From the NCBI GenBank assembly GCA_030390025.1, contig CM059432.1, forward strand, positions 113,834,001 through 113,898,000: a DNA stretch of 64,000 nt, given 5' to 3'. Shown one piece after another: positions 49,201-60,509 of the stretch. Within the stretch, counting starts at the first letter, position 1, and each line of letters begins with the position of its first letter. Source of the DNA: Squalus acanthias. Lineage: Eukaryota. Both the position numbers and the translations under genes were made by a program. The notes under the pieces were generated by a model, which searched no databases, was not told the origin of the DNA, and was given only the letters and a program-made list of their open reading frames with translations.

Positions 49201-49793
49201 TACGTCCGGATTTCTGAGCCGTTGGCAGCAGCCAGCGCCGGTCCTCGTTCGCCCTTTTGGATGTCGAGGGAGGAGGCCGGGATGATGCTGTGCTGAGCCC
49301 CAGTGTCGCACAGGAACCGGCGGCCGGTTTTGTCATCCGTGACGAACAGCAGGGAGCCCGCGTGGCCCACGGCCATCGCGGGGGCTGGAACGGGGGCGGA
49401 CTTGAAAGAGCAAGGAGGTGTGCACCGTTGTGCCCTGGCGCCGAACCGTGCGTGGTAGTAACAGTGGCCCGGGTTAGTGGGGCGTGAAGGCCCCGTGGGC
49501 CTGGTGACAGGCCCTTGTGGCCGCGGGCTGGATGGTGAGGGGCGCACCCAGGCATTGGCTGCCAGGTCCGGAGTGACGTCGCGGCTGGAGTGAGCGGACA
49601 GCAGCTTGTCGGCCTCATCGGCCAGGGCTTCCAGGTTCGTGAGGCCGGACGCCACGATCGCTGGGCGGATGCTGAGAGGGAGCTGGCGGATGAACAGCGT
49701 GCGGAAGAGGGATCCGGGTGGGCTCTCGTCAGTGAGGGAGAGCATGTGGGAGAGGAGGTCTGACGGTGAGGCATCACCGAGGCCTGGAAGTTT
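46260..49793 (-). CDS. pol: Gag C-terminus plus Pol polyprotein (protease, RT, RNase H, integrase)
   Basis: Uninterrupted frame (ORF 46260..49745, extendable upstream): CYYHARFGARAQRCTPPC, LCDTGA, YLDD, TDASD, HHCC, DIVGP/SDRG/ERFH, GPY. Confidence 0.95.
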   Translation of the reverse strand, partial: KLPGLGDASPSDLLSHMLSLTDESPPGSLFRTLFIRQLPLSIRPAIVASGLTNLEALADEADKLLSAHSSRDVTPDLAANAWVRPSPSSPRPQGPVTRPTGPSRPTNPGHCYYHARFGARAQRCTPPCSFKSAPVPAPAMAVGHAGSLLFVTDDKTGRRFLCDTGAQHSIIPASSLDIQKGERGPALAAANGSEIRTYGTRTVTLDLAGHRYRWEFITAKVLSPLIGADFLCAHGLLVDIPRHRLIDMNTMSPILGDMAPRQPADMASQCHARATDDYSALLAEFPALTNPTFSAEAAKHGVEHFIPTTGPPVYAYAHRLDPAKLEIARTEFATMEQLGIIRRSNSPWASPLHIAPKPGGGWRPCGDYRRLNDATTPDRYPVPHIQDFSARLAGRSVFSKVDLVRGYHQVPVHPADVPKTAVITPFGLFEFLRMPFGLKNAAQAFQRLMDSVLRDLKFLFVYLDDILVASSSKQEHLKHLCILFGRLSDHGLILSPAKCQFGLDKIDFLGHHITHAGAIPLPTKVQAVQQFPRPTTIKGLQEFLGMVNFYNRFIPKAASLMRPLYEALRGRSGKMAVEWTADASATFDSTKTALANATLLTHPRPNARVALTTDASDHAVGAVYEQWVDGAWQPLAFFSRQLCPPEVKYSTFNRELLALFLAVRHFRFLLEGHPFTAFVDHKPLTFAMAKTTDPWSARQQRQLTAVSEFTTDIQHISGRDNVVADCLSRPAIHAAHLAVDYAQLAADQITDPNLLSAPTNLPGLRLADVACGPTAVTVKCDISLCQPRPVVPASWRRRVFDILHNLSHPGARASIKLVANRFVWRGLRKDVRTWANSCLSCQRAKVQQHTKAPLEEFTVPSRRFDHIHVDIVGPLPPSQGYTHLLTIVDRTTRWPEAIPLTSTTTADIARAFVSTWVARFGVPSDMTSDRGLQFTSELWTAVARNLGVTIHRTTAYHPQANGLCERFHRSLKASLRASLQDGAWTDRLPWVLLGLRTAVKEDLHASAAELVYGQPLRVLGEFLPTATTPWSADQQRHDFASPALQFAPVPIARHGESTSHVPLSLHQARFVFVQHDAHRGPLQPPYDGPYKVLQAGDKFFTLQVGDRTEKVSVDRLKPAHSEPGEQVPVARPPPRGRPALKPVYPAAPCPAVPRPPASYKSRSGRPIRPPHRLLHTS

Positions 49794-50056
49794 CGCTGAT
49801 ATGCCGAGGCCGTAAATTTTTTAAGGAGCGCTGTTCTGAGATGTGCGTACTTGCCTTCCTCTGGTGGGTTCTGCAGCGTTGTCCAAACCTTGGAAACTGC
49901 GACGCTACTGAGTGATGTGACGAGATAGTCGTACTTCGTCCCATCTGTGGTGATATTTCGCAGCCGGAAGCGAGATTCAGCTTGGAGAAACCAGGCTTCG
50001 GGCTGGTTTTCCCAAAACTCCGGCAGTTTCACGGAAACTGCGTTCATGTCCACCAT
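49793..50056 (-). CDS. gag: Gag N-terminal part, out of frame with the downstream gag-pol
   Basis: MVDMNAVSVKLPEFWENQPEAWFLQAESRF is a typical CsRn1-type gag start. Homology continues in the -1 frame at KLPGLGDASPSDLLSHML. Confidence 0.85.
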
Positions 50057-50081
50057 TGCAGTGCTCGGAATACGTTCTGAG

Positions 50082-50095
50082 CGTCGGGGTCACCA
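50082..50095 (-). other. Primer binding site (tRNA-Trp)
   Basis: TGGTGACCCCGACG is complementary to the vertebrate tRNA-Trp 3' end CGTCGGGGTCACCA and lies just inside the 5' LTR. Confidence 0.9.
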
Positions 50096-50096
50096 A

Positions 50097-50343
50097 TGTT
50101 GAGGCTGCCGCAAAACACGAATGGAGGCTGAATCCGTATGTGGAAAACAAGAAACTTTTATTCACTGCATGGCACAACAAAATGTCTGCGAGAGACTGCT
50201 CCCAGAATTCCCTGGGTAAACTCCCAGAATTCTCTGGGTAAAACCTGAGGCCCCGCCCCCTTCTGCCTTAAAGGGAAGGGGCTGGAAATTTGTCCACAGT
50301 CGGAAGAGTGGATTATGCCCGTTTTAGGTGGCGATCCGCCACA
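50097..50343 (-). repeat. 5' LTR
   Basis: 247 bp, 2 substitutions relative to 45993-46239. Internal 22-bp tandem duplication. Minus-strand AATAAA. Confidence 0.96.
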
Positions 50344-51984
50344 ATGTGACATTTCTACAGTGGCCCATTTCCATTTCCAGCCTCAGCTATGCTGCCATGT
50401 GGTGGTGCTGAGCAGACATCAGATACTCCTTTAAAGAGAAGGATGCCCACTTTTCTTCTTGGCTGTGGAAGACATGTGGACTGGGATTGTCCTCCCAGCA
50501 GTAGTGTTTTGGTGGAGCAGGACCTCCACTTGCCCCTTCAACACTACCAGAACCCTGGCCCAGTTTCTTGGGTAGGGTTCATAGTAGGCTCCTAGCCGTA
50601 TTCATGACAGCAAGTGGGAGCCCAGCATTGCCTAGCCAAAATATCCTGACAATGCTGCAGTGAGACTGCCACTGCAACGCCAGAAGAGGTGCCAGACCTT
50701 TAAAGGGGCTGAAGAGCATTCCTCAGTAGAGACTGGGACAAGAAGGTAAGTGGGGGCAAGACTGGAGGGCTAAGAGGCCAATGCAAGGTCCTCTCCCTCC
50801 ATGGGCAGACCTCAAGGCCATTCCCACTGCTTCCCAGCGCTTACCGCCATGTTCTCCATGATGGCCTTGGGAAGCAGCAGTAACACAGGTGGATAGGGTA
50901 GGGAAATCTACCAGGGACCTGAGCCCTGTCCCGCACCTTGCTGCCATTTACATGCGGTAGTTGGGAAAAGAGAGATCAGTGGCGGTCCTGGTGGGAACAG
51001 AGGAAAGGAAATCTAGGTCTGGGTTGGTGTTCCTCAACACTCACATTTTATTTCATTCACTGCCATGATCCTGCCCCATTTCAGAGGAGAATTCCAACTA
51101 TGGTGTGGGAAGATCCAACAAAAAGGGAATTTTTTTTAAACTTTCAAGAAAGAAGCAATTCCTACCCGAAATAGAAGTAATTCCAGTGTCAGTTTGGATT
51201 TAATTTGTGTTGACTGATTCTTAGCTGAAGAGGTTAATTTCTCGTGAGTATAACTCTGAAGTGTGGCATCCAGGAAGTTTATTAAAGATTTTTTTATGTT
51301 GGAGTTAAATGGATTCACTTCAGAGTAAAATCTGTAGTAAGACTTATTCTGCTAGGTTTTCTTTTCTGTGCATGTTTGTGAATCAGAGTGATGGACATCA
51401 ATGCTGTGGAATGATCACTATTTATTTTTTGATAGCCAATGCAGGATAAAGCACTCCCAGGTCGGAATAATTAGATTAAATGCAAATTAATGCATCCAAG
51501 CACCCCCTGCAATGTGCTTTAACCCCAATTATGCAAGAGCATGCATACTGCAACATGATGATATTTCTGTCTCTCCACAACAATGCCCAATTAGTGTTGA
51601 ATTATGATCACTTTTAAGTAGTGATTCTTACCCACTGGAGATTGAGTTGAGAGAGCTCAAATGTTCTTTGCTCAGAGCCCTTACAACCCTCAGAGATAAC
51701 AGATTTTCAACTCTTCCAAACTGAATTATCACTCCATAGGTGAAATGCCAGGGGCCTCTTCATCTACTCCAACAAGGCTTTCCTGGAAAATTGTTTCAAT
51801 ACTATTTCATCCTTGGCAACACTTCTTTCCCCAAAGAGGATTTCTTCCTTATTCTGTTACTTTGACTCTAGTTTATTGGAACATAGTATTGTTGAAAAAG
51901 TGTTTGACAAACTTTATTTTGTTTGGGTGGGGTAGACAGGATGCAGAAGAACTGTTCGCATCATGATGACATACAAATGATAGT

Positions 51985-52310
51985 TTGGTGTTTATGGTAC
52001 TGGCTACCAATCCAGAAGCCATGAGTTCAAATCCCACCGTGGCACCAGAAATTTGCTATAAAAGCTTCCAGATTGTAGGTAAGACTGGTTTACTAATGTC
52101 CTTCAGGGAAACAAACCTACCACCTCTATCTGGTCTGACTTACATGTGACTATGTGGCTGACTCTTAATGCTCTCTGACGTGGTGCAGGAAGCCACTCAG
52201 TTGCAAGAACAATCACTCAAGAAGAAGGTCCACCACTGTCATCGACTTCCCAGGGCAACAAGGGATGGACAATAAATGTGGCCTTGTCAGCAGTGTCAAC
52301 ATCCAGAGAA
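51985..52310 (+). mobile_element. tRNA-derived SINE with a family B LINE tail
   Basis: B-box GAGTTCAAATCCC at about 52023. The 3' end (actcaagaagaagg..caccac...agggcaac.agggatggacaataaatg) matches the 3' end of 25547-26045. Confidence 0.65.
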
Positions 52311-52838
52311 CAAAGGAAAAATGACAGGATGAGTGGTTTTGACACTGTTTGTATTTGACATACACTTTTTTTGTGAATTCACTGCTAAAGCACACTAGAA
52401 ATGATTGGTGGTGATATTGATGGACAAGATAAATAGGTTAACACCTTCAGTAAAATAATTGTTACAGGAATGCCATTGGAACACACAAGGTATTTGTCCA
52501 CTAATATAGCCAAATATAATTTCTAGGCTAAGATTCTGTGAAGTCTTGTGTCAACTTATACCACAAACCCAATATTCTGTGAGGTAATGAATTTTAGTCG
52601 AGTTCTTTCTGGGCACTAGATCCACAGAATTGTTGATAATTCAACAGCCTCTCTGAGAGGTCCACGATCATACTGATGCAGAAAGGGTACTCACCTGAAG
52701 TTGGGATTAAGGGGCTTTGGTGAGCAGAGTACTTTCTCGCCAGCTGAATTGCATTAATTCTGATCTGGAAGTGCCTGATTCACTATTCACTAGCTTGAAG
52801 ATGCCCCTTATTCATAAGCAAAACAAGCTCATCAAATC

Positions 52839-53663
52839 GGGCTGGATTTTGTCAATGGGGACGTGATGGAGGCGGGACTCCCACTTTTTGGGTTGTAGTC
52901 CCGCCTCCATCGACTTGTGGCCAGCCCACTGTATTTTCCCTTGATTGACCTTGTTAAGCCCGCCCAGCGGGCTTAGCAGGCCAATCAAGGGTCCCTTGAA
53001 TACAGGTGACGTCAGCCATTGAAATTTCAGATGAAATTTCAGCGTTTGACAGCTCTGTGAAGCTGTCAAACACTGACAATATGATTTCTAACTTGAGTCC
53101 CTGTACTTAGACTCAGTTAGAAATCAATCCAGCACAGAAAGCAGAGATTGCAGCTTTTGACAGCTCCGCGGCCATTCTGCTTTCTGTGCCGTGGATGTGA
53201 GGGACTCCCGACACCTTAAGGAAGCTAGTCTGCAGGACAAAGTTAAGGTAAGTAAAAGTTCTTAAAACACTTTACACACACCAAACACACTTGCCTCTGC
53301 ACTCATGCACCCATCACTCACCTGCACATCGGACATCTCGACCCCTCCAAGCCCTCCAGACCGACGGCCCGCCTCGCTAAATCGGCGTGGTTCAGACATG
53401 TCAGGACGCCCACACTTCAGGGCTAAAAATAGGGATTAGGCAACAAAACTGCCTGTTAACTACCTGTTAACAGACAGTTTATTGGCACTAATCCCCTTCC
53501 AGCCTCGGGGAGGCGGGTCCCAGCACAGGTCGGGTACCCGCCTCCTGGGAAACTGGCATGGAGGCGGGTTGGGGGCGGGATGGGTTCGGGACCCCCGAAT
53601 CTGCTATTTTCACACCACTCCCGCCTCCAAACCCGCCTCCACGGGCCAGTGAAAATTGAGCCC
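52839..53663. mobile_element. Harbinger-type MITE related to the H5 termini
   Basis: TIR GGGCTGGATTTT / AAAATTGAGCCC, GGAGGCGGG subterminal repeats, internal hairpins. TSD not clear. Confidence 0.7.
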
Positions 53664-54757
53664 GATGTCTCTGTGCATGATGTTGTGAGATACTAAGACA
53701 TACAAATCAGGAAGCTTACTGGTTTGATCTCTCGTCTGTCCTAAGTTGATTGATTTCAGCCAGTGTGGTGCTTGGAGTACTATGGCTTGTCTCAGTATTC
53801 TTTGACTAGGGAGAGAGAAAGTGATCCAGGATTCCCACTCCTGATGACTATCCAGTGACATCTGCTCAATGTGATTATGTGTGGATTTCGGTTATGGACT
53901 GTATCAGGTTTGGTTGTAATTCCGATCTTTAGATTCTTGTTGAGGGTCAAACAATAATTGGCAACTTGGGCAAGGCACCGTTGCCTCTGGCCTGTACCCT
54001 ACACGGCTATGGTCTGTAGGAAAGGTTGGCAAGGGGAAAAAATTAGAGGGATAAACTGGAAGGAAAAATCCACTAATCTATTGGACCCGAAGAGTAGCAA
54101 ATTGCTTAAGTTTCACTTTTTTGGCCCGATGTCACCCAAATTCCTCAATTAAATTACTGCAATCTACTTCCATCTATTCAGTGTCCTCTATGTGCATGAA
54201 TAGTGGAGAATTCCTTTCTAATTTGGTGTGTAAAGTAACCTCAAATCCTGTACCGTCCCACAGTGAACCTAACATAAAGCATTCAATCCCCAGTGGCATC
54301 AAAAGAAAAAGTTCAGTCCAGCTGGGGTTAACATTTAATATGAAAAGTTACTGGCAGAAGATGACAGGCAATAATCCAATCTTGGGTGTCAGAGGAAAAA
54401 TAAGCCCCTCAAGCTTCATGCTTACAGTTTCTCAGATCACCTGAACCCCTCAATCGGATTTGCTCGCTTGTTATTCACTCCCATCCCTTCACTATCTTCT
54501 ACACATTTTTCCATTAGCAGCACACTCTAGCGAACAGTTTCTCTGGAAATCAAAGAAGTAAATCCATGAGCAAACCATTTCAATTTCTATTAATCATGTA
54601 CCAAAAGTGTTCCATCAGCCTTTTATGAAATGTGCACCAACCATCAAATGCAAAAGCAGTACAGTTTTATTTTTAAACTGATATTTCATGACAAAGCATT
54701 GTAAATGGTGTTTTCAAATATTGCTGCCTGTTTTAATTTGTGCATTGTAAACACACA

Positions 54758-57255
54758 GGGCTCGATTTTAATAACCCTAAGGAGGCGGGTTTGGAGGCGG
54801 GTCTGTTGGGAAAATCAGGAAAAATGGCTTCAGACACCCAACCCGTTTCCATCCCGCCCCCACCCGATTTTCCTGAGTGTCTGTTTAGCTGCTCCCAAAC
54901 TGAGCCATCTCCAACCAGTGGGACAGGCAGTTAAGGCAGTTAACAGCCTGTTAACTGCCTTGCTAATCCTATTTTCATCATGGTTTCCCATTTTCCTGTT
55001 ACTGGCTCCTTCTGACTGTTCAAGCTGACACCCATCTGCAGTGTGTCATGAATGGAATTATTTCAGGCCACTTCGACTGTGCGCTTGCAAGATTGTTACC
55101 TTAAATTAAATCTATAGCAAGGGGATGGGAAACATTTATGCCCGCTCATCCTGGTCCTCATAATCGAGGGAGTAGCAGCCGCGTGGCTCACCACATATCT
55201 TCCAGGAAGAGGAGTAGGAGGAGGACGAGGGGAGCCTTGCATGCCCTGTTGTGACCAATGCAGCATCCCTCCAGTTCACTGCTGCCCGTCAACCAGGGTA
55301 TGCACACTGCCATGCCACACTACCATAAGCTTACTCTTCGACCATAGGTGGCCACCATATGGCTCTGTAATTGCAGGCGACACTTGTCCAACATTATACT
55401 TCATCTCTGCTAGACCCTCTTATTTCCTATCACTTTTACTATCAGCATTACAAATGTAAGTCGCCCTGAGCCCTCAATGCGCTTTTGCCATTTCCAAGAA
55501 TACGTAGGCCACACAATCAACTGTTTGACATAACTTATCTTTAACACATGACAAAATATACCAACAACAGTCAGAAAAGAAAGAAACATCACCCAAGTGA
55601 GTCCCCTTGTGACTATAGGTGCTAAATCTTTCTCTTACGCGTGTTTCTACATGGTGCTTCCCCTGTGGCTTCAGCAGATGTAGAGGCACCTTGCTGACTA
55701 GGATGCTGCGCCTGCTTAGACGCCTTTGGCGGGGGTCCTCTGGGTTTGGGAGCCTGGGAGGGCTCTTCAACAGTCTGCTCTTCCTGCGGCTGTGCAGGGG
55801 CTGAAACGGCCATCTCAGTTGTCTCTGCAAAGTGGGTCTCTGACCGAGAGCTCCGTATTGGCATGGTCGTGCGAACGCTTTGAGAGGAGCCCACACTTCT
55901 GTCCTGCCAACAGCATCCCTCTCATGAGTCAGCCGCGCCTCAGTGCTGGCAAGTGGCAGGAGAGCACCTTGCTGCACTTCACGGGGGCCATGAGGACCCG
56001 TATCTGCACTGGCAGTCCTCCTCAAAAGGACATCCATGAAACTCTGGTCTCTCTGCTCAATAGCTGCCCATCACTCCTCCAGAGATGTCATTCTATTCTG
56101 AACAGTAACCCTGTTTTCCTGACTCTGGCGACTTATTTCCTCCATGGCCGTAGCCATCCTTTCCACGGAAGTTGCCATCCTATCCATGGTGGTGCGTTCA
56201 TGTGCCATTGCCTCCACCATGGCAGTGCTGATGTTAGAGATGGACTCCTTCATTCTCTCCACACTCGCACTAACCCTGGAGGCAAACCCTTCCAGAGACA
56301 CCTGCACTTGTTCCTGTATTTCACAAACCGCTCTTTATCTGGATGGCCCCAGAGGCACAGCGTCTGCATACAGCTCAGCAGAGCTAGGAGAGTCCTGCGA
56401 CCTCCGAGGATGACTCTCCACTGCTGTCGCTGTCTGCACCATCTGCTGATGCTCACTTGTGCGCAGTGACAGACCAGGTGGCAACACTACTCTAACTCGC
56501 GATGGCCCCACCGAGGTGTGCGTTGCTGCGCTGGTGCTGGGTGCGCTGAGTCCTGGTGACGCTGGTCCCTCAGAGGCTTCAGGTTCCTCCGAGGAGATGT
56601 CCGCATCTTCGTCCTGGATCGTGGGGAGGGGGGCTCTCGATGGTCCTGTGGGAGAGTAAAGGCATGAATTAGACATCTGATATTGATGTAGCAGACACGT
56701 CCTTTTGAGCAGATGGTACAAAGTGATTCTCTATGAACATCATATTGCATTGCTTTCTGAGAGGGATGAAAATCTATTATGTCACCAGCTTCCTCTAGTG
56801 TGCCCGTCTCTCCATCGCCCACTTCCAGGTCCTCGCCACCTCCAACAATCTCGTTTGCTGCCTCCTCAGCACTGGTCAGTGTTGCAAGGGTAGCTGTTCC
56901 TCCTCCAGTCATTGCTCTCTCCCTCTTATTGTAGGCTATCTTTTCCTGCAAGGAGGGACATAAGCGGTGTTTCAGCCACAGTGATGGAGTGAGTGTGATT
57001 AATCCCTACCATAGAAGATTTGATGGAAAGGCTCAGGCTGGATGGCAGCTTTAAAAGCAGCTGCTATTATGACATCATCAGAGGCGGCCAGCCGACCCGA
57101 TCCCACTCTTTGAACTGGCCAGCGCGCCTCCATGAAATTAACAGGCTAGTTTAATAAAAATCGCAACTCTGCAGCTGTTCCTGCCGGAAGCGGCTCCCGA
57201 ACCCACCCACCACGCAACCCGACTCCAACCCGCCTCGGGAATTAAAGTCAAGCCC
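54758..57255. mobile_element. Internally deleted Harbinger transposon H5
   Basis: TIR GGGCTCGATTTTAAT / ATTAAAGTCAAGCCC, TSD ACA. Myb-gene exon 2 (56945-56786, EKIAYNKRERAMTGGG) and exon 3 (from 56645) on the minus strand. Exon 1 and most of the transposase are absent. Confidence 0.85.
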
Positions 57256-57525
57256 ACAATGTCTGCTCCATATCTGCTCAGTGAAGCCAAGAACAAACAG
57301 TTTGAAAGTCTCAGAGTGCTTTGTAGGTAGCAGGTTTTTTGAGATGAGGCAATAAGTGCATGCAGATTGAATGAATGTGAGGTGATTGATATAATTAGTG
57401 CCTCTGACAGTTACATCTCTGTTCTGTAAACAGGCCACATTTGAAGGGGTATTAATAACTTATGCATTTAAATAATGGATTTATCTTCTGTTCCATTTGT
57501 AACCATGATGTTTACCATTTGCATC

Positions 57526-58064
57526 TTTTTATTATTCATTCATGAGATGTGGGCGTCACTCGCAAGGCCCGCATTTATTGCCCAACCCTAATTGCCCTTG
57601 AGCAGTCCGTGTGGTGAAGGTACACACACAGTGCTGTTAGGGAGGGAGTTATAGGATTTTGACCCAGCGACGATGAAGGAACGGCGATATATTTCTAAGT
57701 CAGGATGGTGTGTGACTTGGAGGGGAACTTGGAGGTGGTGGTGTTCCCATGCGCCTGCTGCCCTTGTCCTTCTAGGTGGTAGAGGTCGCGGATTTGGGAG
57801 GTGCTGCCGAAGAAGCCTTGGCGAGTTGCTGCAGTGCATCTTGTAGATGGTACACACTGCAGCATGGTGCACCAGTGGTGGAGAGAGTGAATGTTTAAGG
57901 TGATGGATTGGGTGCCTATCAAGCGGGCTGCTTTGTCCTGGATGGTGTCGAGCTTCTTGAGTGTTGTTGGAGCTGCACTCATCCAGGCAAGTGGAGAGTA
58001 TTCCATCACACTGCTGACTTGTACCTTGTAGATGGTGGAAAGGCTCTGGGGAGTCAGGAGGTGA
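57526..58064 (-). mobile_element. Family B LINE 3' fragment
   Basis: ORFs 57695..58009 and 57588..57872, same sequence family as 29440-30020. A shorter tail lies at about 60398-60510. Confidence 0.88.
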
Positions 58065-58224
58065 ATACCCAGCCCTTTGTCTCAGTATATAGATACTTAG
58101 AGCCTGAATACTTCACCCCAGAAAGCAAGATGGTGATCTCTGACATACTTCAGTAGTAGGCAAGAGGGTGAGATTGATAAGAAAATGCAGCAAATTAACA
58201 ATTGGCTAGCTGAGTAAGCAAGAG

Positions 58225-59631
58225 AAACTTCTGGCCTCGATTATAACCCTCCGCAAGCAGCAAATGATCGGGTGAGGGGCAATGTTCCCTGTAATTTTGT
58301 TTGGCGCCATGCAGCCCCTTTAAGGGGCCATTCAAAATACCGCGCATGCACGATTTTTGCATTGAAAAGCTGGCAAGCCGACTGCACAGGATAGCTGGAG
58401 CGCCGCACGGCCGCACAGCTTGAAGGGAACATCAGTGAGGGGTTAAAATCTTCAAAATCAAAATCCCGCCTCCAACCTACTACCTTCCCGGCCACCATAA
58501 TATTAACAGCAGCGATTACGGCCATCACGAGGCACCTTTTTAAAGCAGGCGATGGACCACTTAAGATGCAAACATCAAGGCCCGATGACATCATTGCCGC
58601 CACGATGTAATAATAACGGCAAGCCACTGTCAGCAGAAACATGGCGGGAGGAGCAGGCTGGCCAGAAGAGGCCAAGGTAAGTTTCAAAAATGTCCTTCTC
58701 TTTGAAGGCCATTTGAGCCAGGAGGAGCAGAAGTGTTTCACCCCCCACCCCATCCCAGGCCTCTTGAGGAGTCCTTGAGCCTCGTCAGCCTCTACCAGAT
58801 CACACAGCAGGAGGGAATCCCCAGCCCTCCCCAATCATGCACCACAATTACACTGGAACACCTTCTCTCGCTCACTGCCGGGGACCCCAGCTGCAGTCCC
58901 CTGCGGCTAAGCTCCCACCCGCAGGCCGGGTGCTGAATGTGGCCGGATATCGGGCGGGACTCCGGGAAGTTTTATTTAAATGAGGCCCTGCTGTTAAGGT
59001 AGGCAGCGCCTCCACAGCTCCAGCCTGTCCGAGATCTTCGCCCGCTTCCGGGCTCCCCCACAGCGCCCTGCTCGCGCCCCGCTCGCGCCCCGGCCGCAAT
59101 CTTCGGCTGTGCCCCCTGACCTATCGCTGGACACTATGTCCGACAGGGTCAGGGTGGCGTTTGTGCAGCCGCGGAGACGGTATTTAAAGGGACAGGTGTC
59201 GGGCGGCCATTTTTTTTCTGGCCGCCTGCCAGCACCTGCCCCCTTCCCCTCTTTCATTCGGGGTGCCAGCCGCGATCGGTCAGTCAGCACTCCTCTTGAG
59301 TGCCGGACTGCTTTCCCGGCATCCCGCTCCCTGGTGGTCCAGCAGGGTCCCGGTGCACGCTGCGCTACGCCCCTCCCCTTTAATCAGGGGAGGGAGGCCT
59401 GCAATATCGCGGTGCTACGTGCCGACGCATGTGGCGCTGTTGCACATAGCACCGCGATATTCAGTGGTAGCGGCCCAGGAAGGAGGGGGAGCGCTTCCAG
59501 GAGCGCCCCGCCTCCTGCTTGGGGCGCTACCACTGAATTTACGGTGCAGGGGCACCAACTATTTTGGGGAGCTAAAAGTAGCGCCCCGGCGAAGTTAGCG
59601 CCCCAAAGGGGGCACCACCGAATTTTTCCCC
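58225..59631. mobile_element. Cluster of Harbinger-type MITE fragments
   Basis: GC/CpG-rich with TAGCGCCCC and CCCGCCTCC subterminal motifs. Ends in GAATTTTTCCCC. Internal structure not resolved. Confidence 0.5.
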
Positions 59632-60509
59632 ACAAGCCTCAAGACCATCTCTCATGGACTTCCTGACACAATAGCCCAGAATGGTAAAGATGGGCTAAGC
59701 TAACCCATGGCATAGGCTCACCCATGCTGCCAGATTTGTTGGCAGTCCATGCTGAATTTTGTGATTGGAGTTTCACCCCCTAATTTGAATAGGCCACTGG
59801 CACATCAGAAGCTTGCTCAGAGCTCTTGGCCTGTAGCACACTTGGCTGAGGAGAGTAAAATCCAATAAGATAGCAGCTTCTAATGGGCTGCAACTTGCCT
59901 TTAATGGGGAAGTTGTGCTCGACGCTGAGAAGTGGAATAATTGATCACAATGTCGCAGCAGAGACATAAGGGGGTAACACTGCTGCAAAGTTGGAAGTAT
60001 TGCTGTAGGAGATGCATCAAATGATGTTGGCTCTAACTGGATGGCCAGCCAAGTGAATGCAATCATCCTGCTCCCTCAAACGTGGTTGTAAATACAAAAG
60101 AGGTTTGTTAGTATCAGGGAGAAGGTAAAGGTAAAGAAGAAGGCACTCCTCACATTTGACACATTTCTTTTGGAGGGCCATCAAGCATGGCAAACATCTA
60201 AGGTGGGAATTCCCTCACCCTCTGGGAGGTACCATTGGAAACACTGTACACAACCATTCTGTACACATACTTGCACTGTGCCAAAGCTGGATAGTGCATT
60301 TTTCCTGCAGGTGGGGGTACGTAGGACAAATACCTACAAGCAAATGAAATGCTCTGAAATGGAGAGGCTACCCACTGGGCTGATGATGTAGAAGCCTGTT
60401 TTTATTCATTCACGGGATGTGGACATCACTGGCAAGGCCAGCATTTATTGCCCATCCCTAATTGCCCTTGAGAAGGTGGTGGTGAGCCGCCTTCTTGAAC
60501 TGCTGCAGT

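Larger units (their letters stand above)
45993..50343 (-). mobile_element. Ty3/Gypsy LTR retrotransposon, CsRn1 clade, near-intact (4351 bp)
   Basis: Two 247-bp TG...CA LTRs, TSD ATGT (45989-45992 and 50344-50347), tRNA-Trp PBS, PPT, gag with a CHCC knuckle, PR-RT-RH-IN domain order. Confidence 0.96.

Noticed and set aside
46589..49815. Many overlapping ORFs on both strands inside the Gypsy element, including the tail of ORF 49079..50056
   Set aside because: Shadow ORFs of GC-rich pol with no recognisable domains. No env-like ORF.
52600..52800. Minus-strand donor CAG|GTGAGT near 52697 as a possible exon
   Set aside because: No convincing acceptor, ORF or homology is visible.
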